Assembly: GCA_964016885.1 (NCBI GenBank)
Contig: OZ024742.1
Coordinates: 170,748,001-170,812,000 of the forward strand
From: Eledone cirrhosa
Lineage: Eukaryota
Reading direction: 5' to 3'
Length of the DNA stretch: 64,000 nt
Positions 14,731-26,779 of the stretch are shown in pieces (within the stretch, counting starts at the first letter, position 1; the number at the start of each line of letters is the position of its first letter). A program made the position numbers and the translations under genes. Below the pieces are notes generated by a model, which worked only from the letters and a program-made list of their open reading frames with translations, was not told where the DNA came from and made no database searches.

Positions 14731-14899
14731 ACGAAGGAGTTGTGGTAAGGAACTAGATGGACCATAACGCACCAGAGTACTCAATACTTAGGGTAGTAGA
14801 GTGGGTAATAGGAAAATGTATGACCCCGACGGCAGAGCTCAAGCCGTTTCGACGGCTATTTCTGGACTCTGAGCTCTGCCGTCGGGGGTCATAGATTTT

Positions 14900-14904
<5 letters not shown>
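14731..14904. mobile_element. Fold-back PLE-type module, family Y copy 2
   Basis: Homologous to 8946-9146 with a different inversion point. Confidence 0.8.
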
Positions 14905-14926
<22 letters not shown>

Positions 14927-14933
<7 letters not shown>

Positions 14934-15113
14934 TGAGATTCTACAGGACTAGAACTGTTTCATTCATTAGAAATCATCAGGAATCCCTGATGATTTCTAA
15001 TGAATGAAACAGTTCTAGTCCTGTAGAATCTCATCTATATTAAAACTGTTATACTCTGCTATGTATTGAGTACCTTACTTACTGTGGTTACCTCCGATTC
15101 AACCCGGAATAAC

Positions 15114-15114
<1 letters not shown>
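14927..15114. mobile_element. Fold-back PLE-type module with hammerhead core
   Basis: Perfect ~54-bp arms (14927-14981 and 14986-15039). It has CTGATGA-TTTCTAATGAAT-GAAACAG-TTCTAGTC-CTGTA and a 75-nt right tail into (TA)n. Confidence 0.82.
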
Positions 15115-15149
<35 letters not shown>

Positions 15150-15152
<3 letters not shown>

Positions 15153-15312
15153 GTATAATGAGGACGTTTTTCGTATTCGTCTTATTCGGGAAACCTCTGG
15201 TAATGAGGTAATTATATTGTATTGTTTATTATACATTAAATTTTGCTCTGGTACTTACATAGAGCACTCTTCACTCCTATGACTTTTTCAGTTTTCAACG
15301 GAAACTTCAATA

Positions 15313-15384
<72 letters not shown>

Positions 15385-15525
15385 TGAAAATGAAGTATTT
15401 CCGTCGGAAAGGTACAGGAAAAAAGAGTGCTGTATGTAGGCTACAGATATAAATATCTGCCTCCAAGAAACCACTGGTAAATGAAATAATTATCTTATGT
15501 TGTTTATTACATAACTAAATAAATA
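15150..15525. mobile_element. Two related PLE-type terminal fragments separated by (TA)n
   Basis: 15150-15315 (+) has GAAACCTCTGGTA and a TAGAGCAC tail. 15381-15525 is a related tail on the minus strand joined to a tail-less GAAACCACTGGTA segment on the plus strand. Confidence 0.6.
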
Positions 15526-15542
15526 AATATATATATATATAT

Positions 15543-15840
15543 GGGATAACAAGTTATCGTTATCGGTAATCCAGTTAGAGGTTGTGAGTACTCTGCATCG
15601 TGGATAGTTTTAACGTACGGCTTTGTTTGACTCCACAAGATGCTTCCATAGTTATGCAGCGAGTTCGCAGTAATTCCTATGCAGGTTATACTTGGAGTAA
15701 TAATAGTTAAAGAATGAAGAGTAACAAGGTTGGCTGTACAATAAAGGCTTTATTTAAAGTACTGACAATTGTTTCGTTTATCAGGTGAGTCTAGAGTTCG
15801 CTCATCGCTTGAGGTTGCGTCACTCGATCTCCAATACATT
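15543..15840 (-). mobile_element. PLE-type terminal module
   Basis: Minus strand has GAA-ACAATTGT-C (palindromic stem III, GUC site), then AATAAA, and CAGAGTAC about 50 nt from (TA)n. Confidence 0.55.
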
Positions 15841-15843
15841 ATT

Positions 15844-15978
15844 TACGTCCCTTTACGATCTGAGTTCAAATCCCGCCGAGGTTGACTTTGCCTTTCATCC
15901 TTACGGGGGTCGATAAAATAAAGTACCAGTAATGCACTGCGTAATTGCTGCCCTTGTGCCTAAAGTAGAAACAATTAT
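15844..15978 (+). mobile_element. Nin-domain-like SINE fragment
   Basis: B box GAGTTCAAATCC followed by GCCTTTCATCCTTACGGGGGTCGATAAAATAAAGTACC. Several dispersed copies occur in this window. Confidence 0.8.
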
Positions 15979-16069
15979 TTACCTCAGGTCAACACATCAG
16001 AGTACGTAGATATTAAAATAATTCACTCGAGGCAAGACATATGTAGAAGAATAGCGTATAATCAAAACA

Positions 16070-16124
<55 letters not shown>

Positions 16125-16194
16125 AACAAGGTTTAGTAAATAATGAAAAAGTTTCAAAATAAATTTTAAAAAATTGACTTTACCTACCATAGTT

Positions 16195-16278
16195 ACCTTT
16201 ACCGATCGGTTTCGAATCCCAAAAATAAAACGGAAACCATACGGCCTTCGTTGCAAAGAGAGATTCCCGTCAGAAGGT
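16195..16278 (-). ncRNA. Type I hammerhead ribozyme (A9G variant)
   Basis: ACCTT-CTGACGG-GAATCTC...GGGATTC-GAA-ACCGATCGGT-A-AAGGT. It lies between ~48-bp direct repeats at 16121-16168 and 16604-16651. Confidence 0.75.
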
Positions 16279-16646
16279 TCTTTTCATTCAAAGAATATAA
16301 AATTCCTGAATTTAAATCACAAACTAGCGCTATCAAAAACTGTTCCTGGGATGAGAGTGGATGATGTAGAACAGGTTTATCAAGGGCCGTAGCAAAGATA
16401 GAGGCAAAAGGAGGTAGGTCAAACTAGCCACTGCTATTACTAGTAGCAGTCGGAATGACCCGGTTTGTTCTCAACGTTAGTGGAGGTAGTAGTAATATGA
16501 AATACGTTCCTTCACGCACAAGGCGCCAAGGTACGCATGTATTGTCCAACCAAATGCCAATGTGGTTCAATGGCGGGTTAATAAATCAACGAGCCAGAAC
16601 AAATATAAACAAGGTTTAGTAAATAATGAAAAAGTTTCAAAATAAA

Positions 16647-16714
<68 letters not shown>

Positions 16715-16860
16715 TTTTGAGTTTATGTTGGTTGTATACCACACCTCAGTATGCAGACTGGAGCACTCGACGAAGTGCGCAGGTTGGTTTGGTTACTCCG
16801 GAGTAATGTAAAATAAAGTTAAATAAAAAGTCAAATGTTTAAAATTTAGCTTCGTTTATT

Positions 16861-16915
16861 ACTGCTATATATATTTCAGTGACAGCCATCTTTGGCTGTG
16901 ACCTCTTCAGGCAGT
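16861..16915 (-). ncRNA. Minimal type I hammerhead ribozyme, left arm
   Basis: Reverse complement of 17109-17163. Confidence 0.85.
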
Positions 16916-17108
16916 TTGAATTAGTGTGGTATAGACAAGTACAAATGTTGTTGAGGTGTATAATTTTGTCAATACTCTGATATGCCCAGTTCCTGGTTGG
17001 GTTGTTATCAGTGAAATAACAACCCAATCAGGAACTGGGCATATCAGAGTATTGACAAAATTATACACCTCAACAACATATGTACTTGTCTATACCACAC
17101 TAATTCAA

Positions 17109-17163
17109 ACTGCCTGAAGAGGTCACAGCCAAAGATGGCTGTCACTGAAATATATATAGCAGT
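17109..17163 (+). ncRNA. Minimal type I hammerhead ribozyme, right arm
   Basis: ACTGC-CTGAAGA-GGTCACAGCCA AAGA TGGCTGTCACT-GAA-ATATATAT-A-GCAGT, followed by AATAAA. Confidence 0.85.
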
Positions 17164-17236
17164 AATAAACGAAGCTAAATTTTAAACATTTGACTTTTTA
17201 TTTAACTTTATTTATATATATATATAAGACAGTTAT

Positions 17237-17395
<159 letters not shown>

Positions 17396-17547
17396 GATAT
17401 AACTGTCTCACATTCACTCTCTTCTTTAGTTGATAACTCTCTCCCTCTCTGTTTTTCTCTCTCTTACTTTTGGTCTGTCTCTGCATTCCTTTTCCTTAAT
17501 TCTCTCTGTTTCTCTCTGTTTTTCTTCCTTACACCTCTCTCCCCCTC

Positions 17548-17638
<91 letters not shown>

Positions 17639-17861
17639 GTGGGATGGAAACATGTGTTAAATTTGCTCGGTAAGTTTTGTTTAAATTTCTTTAGAAATTC
17701 GTCATTGTGAACTTTTATTTTTATACCAATTTGTAGAAGGACTGACAGGTCAAATTTTGATCTGGTCAGTCTCCCAAAATATCGTGCCCCTCAGGGCAAA
17801 AACATCCAAAATATTTTCGAAAAGTTTTTGCAAAACACTTTTTAAAAACAATAAAAAAAAA

Positions 17862-19727
17862 ATGGCCGAAGCAAAGGCACCTACTTCTTTGTCAAAACAA
17901 GAAGATGGGAAGGGAAAGCCATGTCTACTTGACCAGCAGGTAGTAGCAGACATGGACAGAGGAATGCCAACATTATCGCCTCAACATTTAGAAGAGGAAC
18001 AAGCTTCAGCTGCTTGTAAGCAACTGAACACATCTGACGTCACAAACGTCACATGTATCCACACACAGAAGGAAGTATGTGTAGCGAACACTAATACCAC
18101 CACAACCAACAACAACAACACAATAAATGAGAACAACAACAACACAAGAAAAGGAATCAGTGGCAACACAACGAATGAAACCATCATCACCACCAACAAG
18201 AAAAATAACAAAATTTCATTTGCAGCAACCGTTACTAAGCAACTGGATTTTAAATACTACTCCATGGATATTTCACAAAAGTCCCAATATTTGGAAGAAG
18301 CTTCCAACTATGTGACGTTTGAGGGAGACACCCCACACATACACATACCCCCACAAGTAAGAGAGATGACACAGAAAAAGAAGCTAATTTATAGAACAGC
18401 TGACATCATAACCAAAAAACCCATAACGCTCCCACCAAGCACTATTGAAGCTGCACTAAAAGATATCAAGCCAGACGTGGCATACCACCAAAGAGGTAAA
18501 CAGTATGGAAGTGTGTCAGTGCTCTTTAAGAGCGAAACTCTGGCACAAAAGACACTCGGTTCACACAATAAAAACGGATCAACACATCTTCTTCCCCACA
18601 TACATGGGAAGAGATCCTACAAAATAAAAATAACCAGGATCCCAGCAGAGGTCAACATATGGTGGATCCTACGCTGCATCCTGAAGAAGGATGAGGACAC
18701 CCTCCTATCTGTAGACAGGACAGACCGGCATAACTGGTTTGGAACCTGGATCGAGGTTTTGGTACAAATGAGACCAGAGAGAGTTGAAAAAATACCGGAC
18801 AGGATCGTCCTTGAGGAAGATGTCATCTCCATTTTAGTGGAGGGAAAAAGACCTCAGTGCCATAAGTGTGGGAAAAACCACATACTTAAAGGCCTTTTGC
18901 CCTCACTTAAACAAACCGAGGACAAACAAGGTGTTGTTACCAACACCAAAACTCCAACATCAACACTCCAAACCAAACACAACACAAAAACCTGCAACAT
19001 CCACTCCCACACCACCACAGACCAGAGACAACCACACACACAAAATCCCACTGAAAAACCCTCCATTGCCTCTCCCCCCCCCCCTGTCAAATACGTCCAC
19101 AAACACCTGCACAAACACTCCACCACACAACATACCCCTCCCATCTACCCCTGATTCAGAAGTCTCAGACACGGGAACCTCTACATCTCTAAGTGAGAAC
19201 GAAGAGGAACCCCAAAAATCCAAAAAACAAAAAAGACACAAAAACATCTACAGAAAAGACGCACACACTCAACCCCACCATAAACACACCGCCACAAACG
19301 ACAAACACACCAACAACACAATCACCACCAGCACAACCAAACACTTCACCAACAAAATAATCACCCACACCACCACAATCACAAACCCCAATCACAAAAA
19401 GAAAACTACAAACAAACATTACACAGAAAAAACAAACCACATTACACATACATAAAAACAAGAAACAAAGAACTGGTGGAAAGGACCCCCACAATACAAA
19501 CGGAAGGGAAAACCTTCCCCACCAACGACCCACCCCCAAACCTCAACCTTATCAGGGTAACAACCCTACAGTATGAAACTTCAAAAGAGAACTTCCCACA
19601 TGATGTGGGCCCCCCTTGCCAAAAGCCCCTTAACTGTGTCCTGCTAAAAGGATTCCCTCCTTCCCCAAACACCACCAATCTGGACATGGAAATCGAACAA
19701 CCCGACCTCCAGGAAACGAAAAGGTAA
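17862..19727 (+). pseudogene. Tx1 ORF1 (gag-like, CCHC knuckle), frameshifted
   Basis: ISFAATV motif, CHKCGK..LKAFCP knuckle across a frameshift, a T/K/H-rich linker and a C-terminal block shared with copy D. Confidence 0.8.
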
Positions 19728-19767
19728 GTGTTCCTTCCTTTTCTCTCCTTAACTCTTCTTCACCAAC

Positions 19768-22700
19768 ATGGCGACTATACAAGCTGGATGTTTGAATGTA
19801 CGTGGCATGGGTATGTCCTGGAAACAGGGCCAGCTTTTAAATGATCTCAGGTCACATTGTATAGATGTGATAGCCATCACCGAGTCCAGGATTCACGACA
19901 AGCAGCAGCTAACCCGCATGTTCGATGATTTTGAGATCTACGCATCTCTCTGTCAGCCAGGAGGTGGAGGGGAGTTGCTGTTCTGTTTCGAAAAAACTTG
20001 GATTTCAAAATACAGACGATTCACTTGGACCCGGAGGGCAGCCTGGTGGTCCTGGACGTGAATGGTAATGAAGGTGGAGCTTTCAGACTGGTGGCCGTAT
20101 ATGCCCCGACTGGGACATCGCGACCAGAGTTCTTCAAGCGTCTGGAGCCATTCCTGGGAACGTCTCGCTCCTTAGTGTTAGCGGCGGACTGGAATGGCAT
20201 CTTAGACGCACTTGGGACTATGTAGGGGCTTGTGATAATAGAGGGGGGTGTAATAGCCTCAAAAATCTCATCAGCCAATTCCAACTGGCTGATAGATATC
20301 GACTAGACATTCCAAGTACACCACTGTGGACGTGGAGCAACCGCACTGCGTCTTCTAGATCGTATTTAGATAGATTTTTAATTAGACAGAATGATAAGGA
20401 AACATTAAGTTGTCCACAGATGCACATGGTTGCCTATTCAGACCACAAATTAGTCACCTGCGTAGTCAGCATTGATAGAACACATAGACAGGGACCCGCA
20501 TACTGGAAGCTAAACATGTCGCTCCCGGCGCGTTAGGCCTACAGTAAACGGATTAGCACCTTAGTTAAGTGCCAGTTGACGGGGGCAATCGTCAAAAACA
20601 GGTGGTGGAGCTCTCTCAAGAGAGCAATTAGAATAGAATCGATAGCATTTAGCAAGGAAGTAACATTTAGCAAGGAAGAAAAAAACTAAACTGAAAAGGA
20701 ACTGATAGCTTAAACAGAAGAGGCCCTTAGGAATCGCAGTACAGCTGACGTGCTAGTGGCGAGAACGGCACTAGACCAGTTCTTCAATGTGAAACACGAA
20801 GGTTGATTGTCAGAATTAGAACACGTGCTCTAAGAAACGAGGGAGCCAAAGCTGTTAGCTGGGCCCGAGTGGCAGAGGTGAAAAGTGGCAACAAATCCAC
20901 AATTCGGTCTTTGCAAAACAAAGATGGACGCATTATACTTGAATCCAAGCAGATGTGCACGGCCTTCCAGCAGCATTTTGCACAACTGTTCGGGCAAAGC
21001 GCTACATCGAGCGAGGTGATGGACTTCAGCTCCTACCTCGACGGCGTACCGCGACTCTCGAGCACGGATGCGGAGAGCTGCGAAAGGCCGATCACAGCGG
21101 GCGAAATAGAAGACGGCCTAGGCCGCTGCGTGAAACGCAAATCCACCGGTTTAGATGGTTTACCCTATGAGATTTACATAGACATGCCAGACTTGTTCTC
21201 TGGCGTCCTCGAAACGGTCTACTGCAACTGGCAGCATAACGGGAGGATTCCCAGTTCTGTAGGCAGAGGCGTAGTAACGCTGATCAGAAAAGATGAGAAC
21301 AAGGGGGATGAGATAAGCAATTTAACTCAACACAGAGTTAAAGATTTTGGCTAAGGTGTTAGCAGCAAGGCTGGCGCTTGTCGTCGAGAACCTGGTAGGG
21401 GAAGCCCAAACGTGTGCAATCCCGACCAGGTCCATACACGACAACCTCCACCTCATGCGATACATCATGGAGAGGGTAGGGTGTAAACCTGGCTTCGGTG
21501 GGGCTCTGATCAATTTAGATCAGTCATAGGAATTTGATAGGGGCGACCATCAATACTTGGAAGCAGTTCTTAAGGCGGCCGGCTTCGGTCCCGTCTTCAG
21601 AGGCTGTATCGCTGCCATGCATACCAACATCTGCTCGGCAGTCAAGGTGAATGGCTACCTATCAGAGCCATTCCAAATCATGCGTTCCATCCGTCAGGGA
21701 TGCCCTCTCTCCTCCATTCTGTATGTACTGACTCTCGAGCCGTAACTGCAGAAGATGGAGCTGTTGCAGGGCATCCCGATCGAACCAGGACTGCGGAAAG
21801 CAGCGTCGGCCTGTGCCGACGACATAACCGTAATGGTGTCGAAAACCTCGGAAATCAGGGTAATCGGCAACCTATTACAGGAATACGAAACGTTGACAGG
21901 AGAAAGACTAAACCCAAACAAGTCTGTCGGTTTGCAACTCGGCACATGGAGAGGAAAACCCATGCCTTCCGATAATGTCGTTGGACACTGGACGGAAGGA
22001 CCGGTGAAATTGCTCGGGGTCTGGTTCGGTCCAGACCTCCAGGTGGACAAGAACTGGAACGAGGTCAGAAGTGGGCTGAGTGCAAACTCTCCTTGAAAGG
22101 TCGAGTGGAGGTGGCGAACACTTACATTGCGTCCGTCATCTACTACCGCTTCACAGTCGTGCCTTGCCTCCACAAATACCTTACCAAAATAGAACGCCTA
22201 CTCTTCAAGTTCCTCTGGAAGAAACAGGCTCCATTGGTGAGGAGATCCATCTGCTGTCAACACCCTTCTAACGGAAGGCTGAGTATGCCGTGGCTGATGA
22301 TGCGCAAACATGCGCTGAGGCTACGCCATCTCCAGGTATTCCTGACCGGTGAACCGGTGTGGCTGTCGTATGTGAGACAAGCTCTTCCACACTCGTCTCA
22401 TTAACAGAGCTGCAGTCCTGGGTCAAGCGAAGACCGAAAATGGGTGCCTGGCATCTCGAGTGCCTACAGGCGCTCACAGCCCTCTACCAAGCGGAAACGG
22501 CAATCAGCGGAGACACCACTTCGACATTCTATATGGGATTAGTGCGACGACGTTCTCGGGGAAACTCTAGGCATCGAGGAGGACGAACTGACCAGTCTGT
22601 TCGGGAGGACTTTCCGTCCAGGACCTATGGATAACTTCCAGAGGTCTCTGGCCTGGTAGTGCTACCAAGGAGCTCTACCAGTTCGAGACAAAATCTACAG

Positions 22701-23154
22701 GCACGGACACCTTGGCAGGGATCCTGCCAAAAGGACCTGTCCAAGATGCGAGCTGGACATCGAAACCGTTCTGCACGCAATTGTTCAGTGCTCAGGGGTG
22801 ACCGACCTGTGGAATTATGTCGAACAGCTGTTGTCACGTGTGGGACGCATCCAGTTGTCAGCCGAGTCTATCGTGAGGATCAGCCCGCTGCCTTCATTTA
22901 ATAATGAAGGAGAGGCGATTTTCCTCTGCCTGGTGGTTATGACGAAAGAGGTAATATGGTGGACGAGGTTAAAAGGACTGAGGGCAAACACCTCTCTCTC
23001 CGGACAACAACTTACCCCTTTCTTTAAGTATCACTTCAGAAGGAAGGTGAGAGTGGAGAGAGAGGTGCTACACCCCAGTAAATTCGCTGAAAGGTGGGCG
23101 AATGTGGCAAAAATGGCCCGAGTGAATGGGCCTTCTCTGTATATAAACCTGTAG
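19768..23154 (+). pseudogene. Tx1 ORF2 (APE endonuclease, RT, C-terminal Zn motif), disrupted
   Basis: LNVRG, AVYAP, DWN, SDH, KSTGLDGLP, IRQGCPLS and CADD motifs with multiple stops and frameshifts. Confidence 0.92.
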
Positions 23155-23410
23155 GTTGAGGAAGATAAACAGAGGGTAGACGGGAACACCTACATAAGGT
23201 GTTCCTGGTGTTGAGGGCTGTTCTATCCACGGGGTCTAAAACAACCTTGCAGTAACGTTCCCCCCTACTGGGGATTTCAATTGCTATTTTATTATATATA
23301 GTTTATTGTTATTTATTAATGTTAAAGTTATATGATTTTTATGTAAAACCCCCGCCGTCACATCTTGTAATGTCCCATTTTTGTACGGCCCTGTGGCAAG
23401 TAAAGAAAGA

Positions 23411-23503
<93 letters not shown>

Positions 23504-23508
<5 letters not shown>

Positions 23509-26500
23509 CGCATCTCTCTGTCAGCCAGGAGGTGGAGGTGGAGTGGCTGTTATGTTTCGGAAGAACCTGGACGTCGGAGTACAGCAAGTACACTTGGACC
23601 CGGAGGGTAGACTGGTAGTCCTAGACGTGAACAGTATCGGAGGTGGAGCCTTCAGACTGGTGGCCGTTTATGCCCCGACCGGGCAATCGCAATCACGACC
23701 AGACTTCTTTAAGCGTCTAGAGTCTTTTCTGGGAACGTCTCGCTCCTTACTTTTAGTGGGGGACTGGAATGGTATCCTAGATGCACGATGGGACTATGTG
23801 GGAGCATGTCCCAGTAGAGCGGGGTGCAACAGCCTCAAAACTTTAATCGGCCAATTCCAACTGGCCGATAGGTATCGACTGGATTTCCCGACTGCACCAC
23901 AGTGGACGTGGGTAAACCGCAGTGGGACATCTAGATCGTATTTAGATAGGTTCTTCATTAGAGAAAGGGACAAGGATATGTTAAGCTGTCCACGAATGCA
24001 CATGGTTGCCTATTCAGATCACAAGTTAGTCGTCTGCTTAGTCAACCGTGATAGAATACATAGACAGGGTCCCGGATACTGGAAGCTGAACGTGTCGTTG
24101 CCGGCACGTAAAGCTTACAGTGAACGGATAAGTAAACTAGTCAAGCAACAGTTAACGGGAGCCATCGTCAACAATAGATGGTGGTACTCTCTCAAGAAAG
24201 CAATTAGAATAGAATCGATAGGGTATAGCAGAGAGTTAGCCTTAGAGAAAAACAGAATAGAAAGAGAACTAGTAGCCAAGGTAGAGGAGGCACTTAGAAG
24301 TGGTAACGCGGCTAGAGTGTTAGCGTCGAGAACGGCACTGGACCAGTTCTTCGATGCGAAACACGAAGGCTGCGTAGTCAGAAGCAAAACACGTGCTCTA
24401 GGAAACAAAGGAGCGAAAGCTGTCAGCTGGGCCCGAGTGGCGGAGGCAAAAAGTGGCAACAAGTCCACGATTCGGTCTTTGAAAGACCAAAACGGACGCG
24501 TGCTACTTGACCCCAAGCAAATGTGCGCGGCCTTTCAGCGGCACTTTGCGCGACTGTTTGAGCAGAACGACGGTGAGCCGAACGGGGCAATGGACTTTAG
24601 TTCATACCTCGACGGCCTGCCGCGTCTCTCGAACATGGACGCCGAGTTCTGCGAAAGACCGATCACGGACACTGAGATACGGGACGCTCTGGGCCGCTGC
24701 GGGAAACGCAAGTCACCCGGTCTAGATGGTCTACCCTACGAATTTTACATAGGCATGCCGGACTTGTTCTCTGGCGTCCTCGAAGCCGTCTACTGCAATT
24801 GGCAGCAGAACGGGAGAATTCCCAGTTCTGCAGGCAAGGGCGTAGTAACGCTGATCAGGAAAGACGAGAACAAGGGGGACGAAATTAACAACTTCAGGCC
24901 CATAACTCTGCTCAACACAGAGTTAAAGATTTTGGCCAAGGTGCTAGCGACGAGGTTGGCGCTTGTCGAGAACCTGGTGGGGAAAGCGCAAACGTGTGCA
25001 ATCCCGACCAGGTCCATACACAACAACCTCCACCTCATGCGATACATTATAGAGAGGGTGGGTAGTAAACCCGGCTTCGGTGGGGCTCTGATCAACTTGG
25101 ATCAGTCTAAGGCATTCGATAGGGTCGACCATCGATACTTGGAAGCGGTTCTCAAGGCGGCCGGTTTCGGTCCCGTGTTCAGAGGATGGATCGAGGCGAT
25201 GCACACCAGCATCTGCTCGAGGGTCAAGGTGAACGGCTACCTATCGGAGCCGTTCGCAATCACGCGTTCCATTCGACAGGGATGCCCTCTCTCCTCCATT
25301 CTGTATGTATTGACTCTAGAGCCACTACTGCGGAAATTGGAGCTGTTGCAGGGCATCCCCCTAGAACCGGGACTGCGCAAAGCGGCGTCGGCTTATGCCG
25401 ACGACGTGACAGTAATGGTGTCGAGCACCTCGGAAATCGGGGTGATCGGCAACATACTGAAAGAATACGAAACGCTGACGGGAGCAAAACTAAACCCAGA
25501 CAAGTCTGTCGGTTTGCAACTCGGTACGTGGAGAGGCAAACCGATGACATCCGACAGCGTCGTTGGACGCTGGACGGACGGACCGGTGAAATTGCTCGGG
25601 GTCTGGTTCGGTCCAGACCTCCAGGTGGAGAAAAACTGGAACGAGGTCACGGCCAAGGTGTTTGCACTCACTCAGAAGTGGGCAGAGTGCAAACTGTCCT
25701 TGAAAGGTCGAGCGGAGGTGGCGAACACTTTCATAGCGTCCGTCATCTACTACCGCTTGACTGTCGTGCCTTGTCCCCGTGAACACCTCGCCAAGATGGA
25801 ACGCATGCTCTTCCAGTTTCTGTGGAAGAAGCAGGCTCCGCTGGTGAGGAGATCCGTCTGCTGTCAGCACCCTTCCAACGGAGGGCTGGGAATGCCGTAG
25901 CTGATGATGCGCAAACATGCGCTGAGGCTGCGGCATCTCCAGGTATTCCTCACCGACCCCCAACCGGTGTGGGCACCGTTTGTGAGACAGGCTTTCCCAC
26001 AGCTCGTCTCGCTAACGGAGCTGCAGTCCTGGGTGAAGAAAAGACCGAAAACGATGGGCGCCTGGCACATTGAATGCGCTCAGGCGCTCACAGTCCTCTG
26101 GAAAGCGGGCGCAGCAATCAGTGGAGACTCCACTTCGACATTCTATAGAGGGATTGTACGTTACAAGGGCGACGACGTGCTCGGAGAGACTCTGGGCGTC
26201 GAAGACGATGAGCTCACCAGTATGTTTGGTAGGACTTTCCGCCCGGGACCTATGGACAACTTCCAGAGGTCCCTGGCCTGGCAGTGCTACCGAGGAGCTC
26301 TACCGGTTCGTGACAAGATCTACAGGCACGGACGCCCTGGCAGGGATCCTTCCAAGAGGACGTGTCCAAGATGTGCGCAGGACATTGAAACAGTTCTGCA
26401 CGCAATTGTACACTGCCCGGGCGTAAGCGACCTGTGGAACTATGCAGAACAACTGCTGTCGCGTATGGGACAAATACAGTTGACTACCGAGTCCATAGTA

Positions 26501-26779
26501 AGGATCAAACCGCCAGACTCTTTCAAAAACGAAAGAGAGGCGGTTTTCCTCTGTACGGTGGCTATGGTGAAAGAAGTTATATGGTGGACGAGGTTGAGAG
26601 GACTGAGGACAGATGCCTTTCTCTCCGGACAACAATTGATTCCATTCTTTAAGTATCACTTTAGAAGGAGAATCAGGGTGGAGAGAGAGGCACTGCACCC
26701 CAGTAAATTTACTGAAAGGTGGGTGAATGAAGCGAAAATGGCCCGAGTGATTGGGCCTTCTCTGTTTATAAGCCTGTAG
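23504..26779 (+). pseudogene. Tx1 ORF2, nearly intact (one TGG>TAG stop at 25898-25900, N-terminus missing)
   Basis: GDWN, SDH, KSPGLDGLP, FRPITLLN, DQSKAFD, RQGCPLS, YADD and CPRC...HAIVHC lie in one frame over about 1090 codons. Confidence 0.93.

Larger units (their letters stand above)
16714..17213. mobile_element. Near-perfect 400-bp fold-back PLE-type module with ~97-nt left tail
   Basis: Arms 16811-17008 and 17016-17213 with a 7-nt loop and an intact hammerhead in each arm. Confidence 0.9.
17639..23410 (+). mobile_element. Full-length degenerate Tx1/L1-clade LINE, copy A, bounded by (ATCT)n
   Basis: 5' UTR, ORF1, APE-RT ORF2 and a 3' UTR ending GGCCCTGTGGCAAGTAAAGAAAG-(ATCT)n. Confidence 0.92.

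Noticed and set aside
23381-23503. Apparent N-terminal extension of the 839-aa RT ORF
   Set aside because: It is the 3' UTR of copy A plus (ATCT)n, in frame by chance with the truncated ORF2 of copy B.
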